Below the pieces are notes generated by a model that was not told the DNA's origin, searched no databases, and was given only the letters and a program-made list of their open reading frames with translations. Below are positions 27,485 to 37,366 of a DNA stretch of 64,000 bases, in pieces (the stretch's first letter is position 1; the number at the start of each line of letters is the position of its first letter). Source of the DNA: Minisyncoccia bacterium. Its GTDB lineage: Bacteria; Patescibacteriota; Minisyncoccia; Phycocordibacterales; UBA918. Position numbers and translations under genes: made by a program. The stretch is from positions 137,226 through 201,225 of the forward strand of contig JBKJIT010000004.1 of assembly GCA_046598345.1 (NCBI GenBank), given 5' to 3'.

Positions 27485-28799
27485 CGATGCGGTTCATATC
27501 GCGTGGGAAGAGGGTCGCTTCTCGAATATTTTTGAGTCCAAGAATTTGCATGGTCATTCGTTCTGCACCAAACGCAAATCCTCCTTCAGGTGGTACGCCA
27601 TATTTGAATGCTTCGAGGAACATTGAAATAGTACTTGGATCCATGTTCCATTTCTCAACGTGATCAAGCAGCTGCGCATAGTCGTTAATGCGGCGACCAC
27701 CTGAGAGCCACTCAATGCCACGACATAGCAAGTCCATACCTTCATTGAACTCTGGCTTTTCTGGGTTTGGATAGATATAAAAAGGTTTCTGTCGCGTAGG
27801 GTACCCATACACATACACAAAGTCTGATCCTGTTTCCTCCTTCACGATTTCACAAATTGCCCGCTCATCTTCCGGACTCAAATCTTTCTCTCCTCGACCA
27901 TCTCGGCCTTTCTTGTTAAAAATCATTTCTTGAGCTTCAGTAAGGGAGAATGTTGGGGTTTTTTCAATCATTACAGGAAGTGTCGCTCCGAGAAACGCGA
28001 GTTCTTTTGCGCACTTGCTTTCTACTGACTCAAGAATGAACCGCACTGTTTCTTCAGACATCATGCGGACGTCTTCCCAAGATTCAATGAAGGCCATTTC
28101 CGCGTCGAGGGAAACAATTTCAGTGATGTGGCGTGTCGTCGCGCTCGGTTCTGCACGAAACACTTTGTTTACGGAAAAAACGCGCTCAAACGCTGTCATG
28201 ACGATTTGTTTGTAGAGTTGTGGGGATTGTGACAAATAAGCCTTCTTGTCGAAGTAGTTTACTTGGAATACCTCAGCACCTCCTTCTGCAGTTGCTGGCA
28301 CGATGGAGGGTGCTTGGAATTCTAAAAATTCCTGACTCTTCATGTATTCCCGGAATGAATCAATGATGACCGCTTGTACTTTGAAAATGGCTTGCAGGCG
28401 TGGATGTCTGAGTGTAAGCGCACGGTGATCGAGCTCGGTCGTGAGATCGAGATTGTATCCTTCAGCAGACATGTCGAACGGAAGCGCCTCTGCTTTGGCG
28501 AGAATTTCAATCCTGGTAATTTCGAGTTCGATGTCTCCGTTTTTTACCTTCGCGTTCACCATCTTTTCTGGCCGTGCATGCACAATGCCGGTTACGGAAA
28601 CAACCCACTCTTGCTTGAGTTCTTGTGCAACGGTAAGTAGTTCGGGTTTTCCAAACACGACTCCTTGTACTTTCCCAGTGCGGTCGCGAAAATCAAAGAA
28701 GGCAACCTTACCCTGATTGCGTGCAACATCAACCCAGCCTTTAATCGTGACTTCTTTTTCTACGCTATTCTTCAGATCTCGTATAAGTGTTCTTTCCAT
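27435..28799 (-). CDS. aspS: Aspartyl-tRNA synthetase, archaeal/eukaryal type (class IIb); possibly non-discriminating
   Basis: 454 aa. Close to archaeal AspRS across the catalytic core ('TAEGGAEVFQV', 'FRAEPSATTRHITE', 'GVPPEGGFAFGAERMTMQILGLKNIREATLFPRD'). Confidence 0.85.
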   Translation of the reverse strand: MERTLIRDLKNSVEKEVTIKGWVDVARNQGKVAFFDFRDRTGKVQGVVFGKPELLTVAQELKQEWVVSVTGIVHARPEKMVNAKVKNGDIELEITRIEILAKAEALPFDMSAEGYNLDLTTELDHRALTLRHPRLQAIFKVQAVIIDSFREYMKSQEFLEFQAPSIVPATAEGGAEVFQVNYFDKKAYLSQSPQLYKQIVMTAFERVFSVNKVFRAEPSATTRHITEIVSLDAEMAFIESWEDVRMMSEETVRFILESVESKCAKELAFLGATLPVMIEKTPTFSLTEAQEMIFNKKGRDGRGEKDLSPEDERAICEIVKEETGSDFVYVYGYPTRQKPFYIYPNPEKPEFNEGMDLLCRGIEWLSGGRRINDYAQLLDHVEKWNMDPSTISMFLEAFKYGVPPEGGFAFGAERMTMQILGLKNIREATLFPRDMNRIDALLANPETNADKTNE

Positions 28800-29027
28800 A
28801 GTGATTAGTTAGAAACGGAAACCGCCCCTATATTATTAGCCAATAATATAGGGGCGGTTGGTGTACCGCGGTGCCACCCTATTTCCCGCCAGCTGGCGGA
28901 CGCTCATTTAGTTCCCTCACCTTACAGGTGCTGTTTGGGTTGTATGATATTTCTCATCGAAATATCGACAACCTCTTGCGCTGCTTCCGCAGCTCACCTC
29001 AGCAGGTGTCAGCTGCGTCTTTGGTTA
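28800..29027 (-). ncRNA. T-box riboswitch leader of aspS (Asp-specific: GAC specifier candidates, UGGC bulge matching discriminator G73)
   Basis: On the minus strand: ...GGAAAUAGGGUGGCACCGCGGUACACCAACCGCCCCUAUAUUAUU.... The T-box consensus is AAUUAGGGUGGNACCGCG. Upstream hairpins include GCAGCUGACACCUGCUGAGGUGAGCUGC (GAC followed by A) and the stem III-like palindrome CGCCAGCUGGCG. Confidence 0.7.
28811..28858 (-). terminator. T-box leader terminator (17-bp perfect stem, UUUCCGUUU tail)
   Basis: accgcccctatattatt-AGCC-aataatataggggcggt. The 5' arm can alternatively pair with the T-box AAAUAGGGUGG to form the antiterminator. Confidence 0.75.
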
Positions 29028-29032
29028 CTATG

Positions 29033-29061
29033 ATTCTATAAGGATTGTTAGGAATGGTCAA
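29033..29061 (-). promoter_or_regulatory. Sigma70-type promoter for the aspS T-box leader (TTGACC-N17-TAGAAT)
   Basis: Read on the minus strand. The -35 overlaps the trpS stop region. Confidence 0.5.
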
Positions 29062-29062
29062 T

Positions 29063-30004
29063 TTAAAGCGTGACTCCAACTTTCTTTCGGACTTCTTGCA
29101 TTTTCTCCCATGCTTGCTCACGAGCGCGCTCTCCACCATCCTTGAGTATGCGCTTCACATCCCCATCACTAATTGCGTCACGTATTGCGCGCATAGGCGC
29201 AATACGTGCTTCGATATCCTCGATGAGTAGTTCTTTCAGATTCTTATACTTTCCTTTGTATTCTTCGTATGGTGCTTCAAGCTCCTTCTCAGTCTTAAAG
29301 AGTTTGTGAATCTCATATACATTTTTAGGCTTGTCTCCGCTTGAGTCCGTGACGATACCCATCACTGCTTTTGCAATCACTGCTTTAGTTCCAAAAAGTG
29401 GAATCGTATTTCCATAACTCTTACTCATCTTCTGTCCATCAGTACCAGGGACAATGCCAACGCCTTTGATTATCTTTTCTTGCGGCGCACCAAATGTCTC
29501 GCCATATGCGAGATTGAACTTAGTTGCTGCTTCTCGCGCATATTCAACATGCTGGCGTTGATCCTCCCCTACAGGTACCACCTCAGTATCATAGAGAAGA
29601 ATGTCAGCTGCCATGAGCATAGGGTAATTAAATAGTCCCGCATTCGCTTCAAGTCCCTTTGCTACTTTGTCCTTGTACGAGTGTGCCTGCATGAGAAATG
29701 GAACGGTAACGAGACACTCAAACATCCATGCGAGCTCGGTGTGTTCCGGCACATCCGATTGTTTAAAAATAATTGCTTCCTCTGGATTTACTCCTACTGC
29801 AATATAGTCTTTCACTACATCAAAAATATTGGTACGGAGAAGTTCAGGATCACGAAGTGTGGTGAGTGCATGGAGGTCGGCTACCATGAGATGGCTGTCG
29901 TATTCTCGATAAATATCAACAAATGGCTTCAGCACGCCGAAGTAATTACCAATGTGTAGGGTGCCGGAGGACTGAAGACCAGTTAAGAGGCGTTTTTTAC
30001 TCAT
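29063..30004 (-). CDS. trpS: Tryptophanyl-tRNA synthetase
   Basis: 'SGTLHIGNYFG' and 'KMSKS'. The start is placed at MSKKRLLTG, because the track ORF is extended upstream. Confidence 0.9.
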   Translation of the reverse strand: MSKKRLLTGLQSSGTLHIGNYFGVLKPFVDIYREYDSHLMVADLHALTTLRDPELLRTNIFDVVKDYIAVGVNPEEAIIFKQSDVPEHTELAWMFECLVTVPFLMQAHSYKDKVAKGLEANAGLFNYPMLMAADILLYDTEVVPVGEDQRQHVEYAREAATKFNLAYGETFGAPQEKIIKGVGIVPGTDGQKMSKSYGNTIPLFGTKAVIAKAVMGIVTDSSGDKPKNVYEIHKLFKTEKELEAPYEEYKGKYKNLKELLIEDIEARIAPMRAIRDAISDGDVKRILKDGGERAREQAWEKMQEVRKKVGVTL

Positions 30005-30083
30005 AGGTAAGATAGTAGCAAAATAATGGTAATTTATGAAGGAATGTGATAAACGAAGGCCGACACGAATGTCGGCCTGGTGT

Positions 30084-31229
30084 TCAGTAATACGCGTCGT
30101 GGTTCCCTGTTCCCGTATGTCGGTTGCAGAGAAGTTCCGGACGCTCACGGAAAAGTTCCACAGTTTTTCGTATCTTAAGGATGTATATTTGGTTCTCTTG
30201 ATTTTTGTTGTGAAGAACCAGGTCGCCGAACTTCCCCAGAATGTTGATGGGTCGTGCGGGTCCTCCATTGTACGAAGAGGCGATGTACTCTATCTGGAGC
30301 ATTTGGTCCGAAAAGACCCTTTCCCTTAGCTTTTTCGGAATACGCGTAAGGTCGTGGTCGAACAGCAAAGCAGCAGCCTTGAGCGAATTGAACGAGTGAA
30401 ATGCCCCTTCCACAAAATCGTGGATGAGTCTCGCTTTCGGATATTTCACCGGTAGCATGTTGTACGTCGGTCGAGTGAACTGCATGTCGCCAAGGGCAAC
30501 AGCAGAACTTTTCGAGTATTTGTATGCTTGATCGCGCATAAATGCAACGCGAGCAAGCACTTCCCCGACAAGCACATGCAAAGGCTCATTTCTAAAGCGT
30601 TCATGGTCAATGTGCTCTACGATGAAAATAAGGAGCAGCAACTCTGAGATGGTTGCATCGCTCACGAGCACCGTCGGGTTTAGCAATGAACGTACGTCGA
30701 GTTCACGCAATTCCTTGAGTGCTGCGTGAATCCGATTGTCGAGGATTGCCTTACCGTAACAACGGACATCGTTTACATTGAGTCCTTCATTAACTCCCGT
30801 AAAAACCTCCTCTTGCAATGGTGTTGATGCTCGACCACGCTTGAGTGCGTATGCACGGTACCCAACCGGTTCAAGAATACTGAACTGAGTTGCGTATCCG
30901 TTCATTTGACCTCTCGAATCGCGCTTACATGCAATTGTGAAGCCTGGGGTCGTGGACTCGCAGGTTGCAGTGTTGAATCGAATGAACTCAAGTGGCTCAC
31001 CCCGATGATGTACAGCAAGAATGCCATGGATCTGGCGTTCAATAGTGCACATCATTTTGCGTTTCTTTTGCTCACAGATCTTCACTTCTTCAGATCCGGC
31101 AATGAACGATGGGTCGGAAAGTACTTCTCGCGCAATATCGGCGAGGAGCACATCCAGTGGCATAGCGCGTGGCTCTACATGCAAAATGCACGCGAGACCA
31201 AATATGATCACTCCGCATACAATTTTCAT
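30084..31229 (-). CDS. Hypothetical secreted protein (signal peptide; C-terminal 'SSYNGGPARP')
   Basis: 381 aa with an N-terminal hydrophobic signal. There is an 'ES...YNGG' spacing, but it is too long for a canonical SLT domain. Confidence 0.45.
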   Translation of the reverse strand: MKIVCGVIIFGLACILHVEPRAMPLDVLLADIAREVLSDPSFIAGSEEVKICEQKKRKMMCTIERQIHGILAVHHRGEPLEFIRFNTATCESTTPGFTIACKRDSRGQMNGYATQFSILEPVGYRAYALKRGRASTPLQEEVFTGVNEGLNVNDVRCYGKAILDNRIHAALKELRELDVRSLLNPTVLVSDATISELLLLIFIVEHIDHERFRNEPLHVLVGEVLARVAFMRDQAYKYSKSSAVALGDMQFTRPTYNMLPVKYPKARLIHDFVEGAFHSFNSLKAAALLFDHDLTRIPKKLRERVFSDQMLQIEYIASSYNGGPARPINILGKFGDLVLHNKNQENQIYILKIRKTVELFRERPELLCNRHTGTGNHDAYY

Positions 31230-31575
31230 AGAACACCTCCACAGTTGAAAATCAATTGAGGATACCTACTCTAACCCAATAATGGGTCATGAAGTATGAA
31301 TGAGCAAGAACCAAAAGTGCAAATTGAAAAAACGGGGGCTGTCACCCCCGTTTGCGCCATGAACATTTTGTCGTTCGGTGGCAGTCGTTCGCACGCAATG
31401 AAAAGAATTGTCGTGCACAGCATTGCGATAAAAACTCTCATAGCACTTGTCATGGCCATCCTCCAGACAGTGAGTTTTTTGGATACTAGAATAAGTATGA
31501 CATTCTCTGTCTCAAGGGTTTGGATCGAAGTGCATAACTTGTATTTGCATCTCGTTTCACCTACTATCCATAGTC

Positions 31576-32586
31576 ATGAGTAAGAAACGCGAAGCCGTTA
31601 TCTTAGGAAGGCTCCTCCAAAAGATCGCTCCCAAAATTGGAGCGAAGGTTATACTCGAACCCGAATGGGAAATGGCGGGACGTATCGAGTTTAAGTCCGG
31701 AAAGAAATCATATTTTCGCTACAACACCGTCGATCTGAATCCAATAGGATCCTCAGACATTGCGAAGGATAAGGATTACGCGAACTTTTTCATACATACG
31801 CTCGGATATCCAATTATCCCAGGGAGCAAAACATTTTTCTCTGATGCGTGGGCTGACGCGATCAGGGCAAAGAAGCGAAAGACTGATGACGCGTACGCGT
31901 ATGCAGCGAAGCTCGGCTTCCCTGTAGTGGTAAAGCCGAACAGTGGAAGTCGTGGCACAGGTGTGGCATTTGTGAAAACTAAGGCAGAATTCTATAAAGC
32001 AATGCGATTTATATTTTCGCGCGATAGAGTGGGTCTTATACAAAAACCAGTTATTGGAAAAGATTATCGCATTGTAGTTTTGGACAATGAAATCATTTCT
32101 GCGTATGAGCGTGTGCCCCTCAGTGTTATTGGCGATGGAAGAACTACAGTCCTGGGGCTTTTAAAGCGAAAGCAGAGGCAGTTTGAAAATGAACATCGAG
32201 ATACACAGATTAAGTTCGACGATCCACGTATACAGATCAAGCTTTCAAGACAGGCGCTCACTCTCGATTCCGTTTTAAAAAAGAGTCAGCATATTTTCGT
32301 GCTCGACAATGCCAATCTCTCTACGGGGGGTGATTCAGTTGATGTGACTGAATTTGTACACGCATCCTTTAAAAGAATTGCGGTGGCGTTAACAAAGGAC
32401 ATGGGACTTAGATTTTGTGGCGTTGACCTCATTATCGATGGGGACATCAGTGAAGCAGCAGAAACGTATTGGGTTTTGGAGATTAATGCTGCGCCGGGTC
32501 TTGATCACTATGCTAAATCTGGAAAGAAACAGGAAGCCATTGTTGAGGCACTCTATCTTAAGGTGCTACAAAGTTTAGATACATGA
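31576..32586 (+). CDS. ATP-grasp family ligase (RimK/cyanophycin-synthetase-like)
   Basis: 'LGFPVVVKPNSGSRGTGV', 'DYRIVVLD' and 'WVLEINAAPGL' are ATP-grasp motifs. Confidence 0.7.
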   Translation: MSKKREAVILGRLLQKIAPKIGAKVILEPEWEMAGRIEFKSGKKSYFRYNTVDLNPIGSSDIAKDKDYANFFIHTLGYPIIPGSKTFFSDAWADAIRAKKRKTDDAYAYAAKLGFPVVVKPNSGSRGTGVAFVKTKAEFYKAMRFIFSRDRVGLIQKPVIGKDYRIVVLDNEIISAYERVPLSVIGDGRTTVLGLLKRKQRQFENEHRDTQIKFDDPRIQIKLSRQALTLDSVLKKSQHIFVLDNANLSTGGDSVDVTEFVHASFKRIAVALTKDMGLRFCGVDLIIDGDISEAAETYWVLEINAAPGLDHYAKSGKKQEAIVEALYLKVLQSLDT

Positions 32587-33041
32587 ATCCAGATTCCGCT
32601 ACAGAATCGTTACAGGCAATTCTTAAAAAGTGTGATGTGTTGATTGGGTACGCTCCCCTCCCGGATGAGCCTGATTTCTTTAAGGCTCCAGTACTTTCAC
32701 ATTTTCATGCGTCGCTTTACAGAATTCCGGCGGACAAGACTAACGATCCGTTTGAGTATGCGGAGGAATTGGTGCAGCGGTTTGCTAACTCCCATCCATG
32801 CCTCGTTATTCCAGGTCAGAAGTTTGATGCACAAGGTTCACGGCACGGACGAGGAGGTGGTTGGTACGATCGGCTACTCTGCAAGCTTTCCCGTGAGTGG
32901 GTACGTATCGGTGTATGTTTTGCACAGCAATATAGTGTCTCCCGTCTTCCGCGCGAACAATGGGACGAGAGTATGGATTATCTCCTCCTCTACACAGAAG
33001 AAAAAGACGAATGGGAGATTAAAAGTGCAGAACCTATTTAG
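32583..33041 (+). CDS. 5-formyltetrahydrofolate cyclo-ligase family protein
   Basis: 'GSRHGRGGGWYDR' matches the GxGxGYYD motif. The ATGA overlap with the upstream ATP-grasp gene indicates translational coupling. Confidence 0.7.
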   Translation: MNPDSATESLQAILKKCDVLIGYAPLPDEPDFFKAPVLSHFHASLYRIPADKTNDPFEYAEELVQRFANSHPCLVIPGQKFDAQGSRHGRGGGWYDRLLCKLSREWVRIGVCFAQQYSVSRLPREQWDESMDYLLLYTEEKDEWEIKSAEPI

Positions 33042-34743
33042 CAGATTTAGCACCTGGAACGAGGGGTAGTTCGATATGGAATCGTGACCCTTTCCCTTCC
33101 CCATCGGATTCTGCCCACACGCGGCCTTTCATATCGGTAATCATTTTCTTTGCAACAAAGAGTCCGAGACCGGTCCCGGTTACGTTTACATTATTTGCAT
33201 TCTTTGCGCGCACAAATTTCTCAAACACTTCCTCCTGCGTTTCTTTACTCATGCCGACGCCAGTATCTTCAATAGTGATAAACATTTTTTTCTTCTTTAC
33301 ATCATCGTGTGCTCGTACGGTTATGGTTCCCTTCTGTGTATACTTCATTGAATTATCAAGAAGATTCATGATGATCTGTCGTGTCTTTCCTACGTCAGCG
33401 TTTACCGAGCAACTTCCCTTACAATCTGAGCGGAAGAGCATTATGAGACCTTTCTTTATTGCTACCGTACGCATTTCATCCACAATTCGTTCCGCCATAT
33501 CTTTCAAGTTAAAATCCCCAATTTCGTACTTCATATTGCCTGCTTCGATGCGTGAGACATTGAGATAGTCTTCAACAGAAAGCGCCATGTACTTCGCAGA
33601 GTCGCCAATCTTTTCAACAACCTCAGTTGCTTTCTTGGGAAGTTTGCCATATGAACCTTCAGACAGCATCGAGGCGTAACCGCGAATTGAGGTTAAGGGA
33701 CTTCGAAGTTGATGCGAAGCGATAGACACGAATTCAGATTTCATTTTATCAAGCTCTTTAAGGCGGGTATTGACGCCTTGAAGATTCTCCGCAAGTTTTG
33801 CAATTTGTTCGCGTTGCAAAACCTCTCTATTGACACTTCGTACAAGAAAGTAACCACCAATGCAGGAAAGTAAGAAAGTAACACCTACAAGCATACGAGT
33901 AGTTGTTGATTCTACAAAGAAAAATTCGGAACCGATGAGTAGGATAAGAGAAGCAACAAGTGCCTGTGCTGCAACCAATTTAATATTGAAAGCTTTGAAT
34001 CTCACTATCAAATATGACAAAGTTCCAATAAAGGCCAGCATTCCCAACGGACCAATAAGGTTGATTTCGTAAATCCCAGTTTCTTCTGCGTAATAGAATG
34101 ATGCAAAGAATATGCCTACGAACACAAAACTGCCCAATAGAAGATAAAATGATGAAAGAGTCCGCGAATCGCGATCATTGCCGTACTGTTTCAATACAAG
34201 TAGTGACCAACTCAAAAAGACTAAAACAGCAAGAAATTGAAGTCCATAAAAATAGTCCCACAACATACCGGTCTGACCTGTACATGTATCGAGTTCAACT
34301 CCAGAAAGATTCAGTTCACTCGGAAGAAGTAATATTATAGGTAGGCCCAATAACAAACCTACAGATTTTCCCCAAAATGGAATGTCTTTCCCTTTCACGA
34401 ATAAATAGACGAAGTAAAATGTGGAAATTAAGATCAAAAAATGCAAGAGAAGTGATATTGAAAATGTGAAGTACACAAGTCCTGCTGGCATAACGATCCA
34501 CTGCACCACCTCGTTAAATATAAAAATTGCAAAAATTGTAGTTAGAAAGAAAAGAACTTTACTGAGTGATGAAAACCCATTTTTAATTAGAACAAATATT
34601 CCTATCACTAACGAAATTATAATTATTGAAAAATAGGAATAGTAAAGCAGATCAGGAGCAAAGCTTAAATTCATAAAGCCCAAAAAAGTGGCTTCTCCAT
34701 CAATACATTGAACTAATTCAGGTAAGATCATACTTTGTTGCAA
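33034..34743 (-). CDS. Sensor histidine kinase with polytopic N-terminal membrane domain (no cognate response regulator adjacent)
   Basis: HisKA 'VSIASHQLRSPLTSIRG' and HATPase_c 'IEDTGVGM...GTGLGL'. About 8 N-terminal TM helices. Confidence 0.85.
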   Translation of the reverse strand: MQQSMILPELVQCIDGEATFLGFMNLSFAPDLLYYSYFSIIIISLVIGIFVLIKNGFSSLSKVLFFLTTIFAIFIFNEVVQWIVMPAGLVYFTFSISLLLHFLILISTFYFVYLFVKGKDIPFWGKSVGLLLGLPIILLLPSELNLSGVELDTCTGQTGMLWDYFYGLQFLAVLVFLSWSLLVLKQYGNDRDSRTLSSFYLLLGSFVFVGIFFASFYYAEETGIYEINLIGPLGMLAFIGTLSYLIVRFKAFNIKLVAAQALVASLILLIGSEFFFVESTTTRMLVGVTFLLSCIGGYFLVRSVNREVLQREQIAKLAENLQGVNTRLKELDKMKSEFVSIASHQLRSPLTSIRGYASMLSEGSYGKLPKKATEVVEKIGDSAKYMALSVEDYLNVSRIEAGNMKYEIGDFNLKDMAERIVDEMRTVAIKKGLIMLFRSDCKGSCSVNADVGKTRQIIMNLLDNSMKYTQKGTITVRAHDDVKKKKMFITIEDTGVGMSKETQEEVFEKFVRAKNANNVNVTGTGLGLFVAKKMITDMKGRVWAESDGEGKGSRFHIELPLVPGAKSAK

Positions 34744-34779
34744 AGTGCTATTTGGCTCACGTAACTAGTACCATTTAAC

Positions 34780-34932
34780 TTATTGATCTTCAGTTACTTC
34801 CTCCGCGATGTAGTCCTCCGAGTATGACTGCTCATAACTCTGCGTAATAAAGCTTTTATAAAATAGCGCAGAGACTGAGATGATTGTTAACATCACAGAA
34901 AAAAGAAGTAATATCTTTGATCTTCTGTCCAT
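34780..34932 (-). CDS. Possible small membrane protein (MDRRSKILLLFSVMLTIISVSALFYKSF...)
   Basis: Single TM helix, immediately upstream of the kinase gene. Confidence 0.3.
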   Translation of the reverse strand: MDRRSKILLLFSVMLTIISVSALFYKSFITQSYEQSYSEDYIAEEVTEDQ

Positions 34933-34984
34933 GTTGGAATTGTAGCATGCAGTCGCTGCAGCCATTTGATAATCTGTGCAAATT

Positions 34985-36268
34985 CTACAGCCATCCCCAT
35001 TCTTGAAGTCGTGGCAGGTCATGATTCTCTACTCGGACACCAATGTCTTTTCTGTAATGCATTTTTGGAATATGTATATGGCGAACGCGATTGTATGCAA
35101 TGTCACGCGCCTCAGAAATCGTCTTACCAAAAGCAGTCACGTACAAGACTGCTCCATGTTTACCTGTCCAATAATAGGAATCGCCAATCTTTGAACCTTC
35201 CTCAAAATGAATATGCTCGAAGTCCTCAATGGAAAGTTTCTCTGTATTCAAATTTATTTGAATATGAGAAATAGAATTTCTAGAATTTTCAGGTTGATAC
35301 GGGAACGGAGGAACTACAATAGACACAACAACCCCGAATCCTTTTTTGCACCCAAGTGGATATTGCTTACCAGTTGCAAGTGCATCGAGAAAATCCGCCC
35401 AAGGAGACTGATGAAGTATGACTTGGAGCTCAGTAGAGGGATTTCCGAAACGTGGAGTTGCTTCCAACGGAACAGCTCTGTCTTTTGTTACCATGCAATT
35501 TATATCAATGTCACCTCGAAAGTCAATTTTCTGGAGATGTGGTTTAAGTTTATCTAATACTTCCGTAAAAAGACGACACTCCTCTACTGTGTACCACAAG
35601 ACCGTCCCCATTTCAGGCGTAAGAGGTCCCGTATCTCCATCGTGAAGCATCTTATGTTCATGATTAATTTCAATTGGCCCAACCCAATCATTCCCATTAA
35701 AATATCTTGCAATACCCACCTCAATACCATTAGCAAACTGTTGAATATGTATGAGCTTTGCTTCCCTTTTCTTGTAGTTTTCGAGTACCCTGAGTACATC
35801 CGAGCCATCCTCCCTCTTTCCAATGAAATTGAGACAGCTTTGATGGGTATCCTGTTTTACAACCCATTTTCCCCCATTCTTCTTTACAAACGCAATTGCT
35901 TCATCCGCATGACTAAAATTGTATGAAGGAAGAATTTCCATACCTGATTGCTGAGCAATTTCCTGAAAATACAGTCGTTCTGTTTCGAGCGAATCTCCAC
36001 CTTCACTGCCACCCACTACTTTATATCCATCACGTCTAAGTAGATCTTGATCTTTCCCAAAACCTACATCATCAAAAATAATAATTCCGTTTCCTTCCTT
36101 TACCCAATCCAATTCCCCTTTCCAGTCTTCTGTTTTTGGAACAATCCCATCGAGACACTTTTTCCATTCTTGTTCATGAATATATAGCTTTACATCATTC
36201 TTCTCTGCAACAAGCTTTTGACACAGGGCAGACCCGATAAGTACTCCAGAGACGAATAAGATTCTCAT
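34985..36268 (-). CDS. PurD-like ATP-grasp protein (phosphoribosylamine--glycine ligase family, divergent N-domain)
   Basis: The C-terminus 'VLYVTAFGKTISEARDIAYNRVRHIHIPKMHYRKDIG' matches the PurD C-domain (AY...I.F.G..YR.DIG). The N-terminus lacks the 'GGREHA' motif. Confidence 0.55.
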   Translation of the reverse strand: MRILFVSGVLIGSALCQKLVAEKNDVKLYIHEQEWKKCLDGIVPKTEDWKGELDWVKEGNGIIIFDDVGFGKDQDLLRRDGYKVVGGSEGGDSLETERLYFQEIAQQSGMEILPSYNFSHADEAIAFVKKNGGKWVVKQDTHQSCLNFIGKREDGSDVLRVLENYKKREAKLIHIQQFANGIEVGIARYFNGNDWVGPIEINHEHKMLHDGDTGPLTPEMGTVLWYTVEECRLFTEVLDKLKPHLQKIDFRGDIDINCMVTKDRAVPLEATPRFGNPSTELQVILHQSPWADFLDALATGKQYPLGCKKGFGVVVSIVVPPFPYQPENSRNSISHIQINLNTEKLSIEDFEHIHFEEGSKIGDSYYWTGKHGAVLYVTAFGKTISEARDIAYNRVRHIHIPKMHYRKDIGVRVENHDLPRLQEWGWL

Positions 36269-36286
36269 AATAGTAGATTGCCCTGG

Positions 36287-37354
36287 TTAAGAAGCTAGCA
36301 CAATACCTATTACAGTAACTGCAATAATTAATAATTCCAAACAAATCTTAGTTACACTTGTCCTCGTTATAGGCAAGGCCTCAGCTGTTAGCGTAAAGCC
36401 CAATACAACAACGTGTTTCATCCCCCTTTGTTCAATCTGTTTTCTATACCACCCTAAAAGTAAATCGAGGATATAAACTAAGAACACATTCGCTCCAATT
36501 ACCACACCAATATACGCTGGGTTTAAACCAGTAAGACCAAAATATTCAAAATAAAAGATTAACATTCCAATAATTTCAACAATAATTATTGGGAACAAAA
36601 AACGACGAATTCTTTTCTTCCATGCAAGCAAGAACTCTACACGTTCCTTTTTATTAGTAAGCAAGGATCTTCCCCCTGCGGCAAAACCAATCCAATAGAA
36701 TGGAAGCAATGCGTACACCCCGATAGTTTCTGTTGCAAGTCCTTTTGATTCAGTAAATATGAAATGTAAAAGCAAACTGTAGATTGTAGAAAGACCCACA
36801 AACATACACATATGCTTGTAATAAAGAACACCACTGCCTTGCTCCTCTCGGTTTAACAGATATTCAAATAGAATAAGTCCCAGTGTCGCCAGTAGTACTC
36901 CAAAAACCCAATAAAGACCTAATTCACCCAAGGTACTAAACTCTTCGAAAAAGTAACCAAGGACTGAATATGCGATGATTGCTGCAATTGGTGTTACACC
37001 CATCCAGGCTGCCACTAAGGTTGAATTCGCTTCTTCTGCATAACATGCGAAATAGTGATACAGCATTTGAATAACCAATATTCCGCCTGCCATCATTGCG
37101 ATGCCTTCCCACCAAAATAATTCTAAAATTGAAGCAAAGAGTATGGAAAATGATTCTATCTTCCCTGTGAAAATTCCGTAGAATATAACAAGTAAACTGA
37201 GGGTAAGCCCTAAAATAGTTCCAAATACGGAGCTTACAATCCATGCGTGGCGGTGCTTACCTTCGTAGTAATCGGTAACTATAAAACGATCAGATACAAC
37301 CATAATGGCTGTACAGATAGAACTCAACATAGTGGCAATAAGTGCGGTGGTCAT
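36287..37354 (-). CDS. Polytopic membrane protein of unknown function (about 10 TM helices)
   Basis: Hydropathy pattern only. Confidence 0.55.
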   Translation of the reverse strand: MTTALIATMLSSICTAIMVVSDRFIVTDYYEGKHRHAWIVSSVFGTILGLTLSLLVIFYGIFTGKIESFSILFASILELFWWEGIAMMAGGILVIQMLYHYFACYAEEANSTLVAAWMGVTPIAAIIAYSVLGYFFEEFSTLGELGLYWVFGVLLATLGLILFEYLLNREEQGSGVLYYKHMCMFVGLSTIYSLLLHFIFTESKGLATETIGVYALLPFYWIGFAAGGRSLLTNKKERVEFLLAWKKRIRRFLFPIIIVEIIGMLIFYFEYFGLTGLNPAYIGVVIGANVFLVYILDLLLGWYRKQIEQRGMKHVVVLGFTLTAEALPITRTSVTKICLELLIIAVTVIGIVLAS

Positions 37355-37366
37355 TCTGACTATATA

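Noticed and set aside
28859-28936. A tRNA gene ending in ...ACACCA on the minus strand just upstream of aspS
   Set aside because: No acceptor-stem complementarity and no T-loop. The CCA-like string is part of the T-box antiterminator bulge region (UGGCACCGCGG).
31271-31583. Two mutually overlapping small ORFs (62 aa minus-strand, 95 aa plus-strand) in the divergent spacer before the ATP-grasp gene
   Set aside because: Only one can be real and neither has motifs. The plus-strand one ends 8 nt into the ATP-grasp gene and could be a coupled upstream ORF, but the evidence is insufficient.
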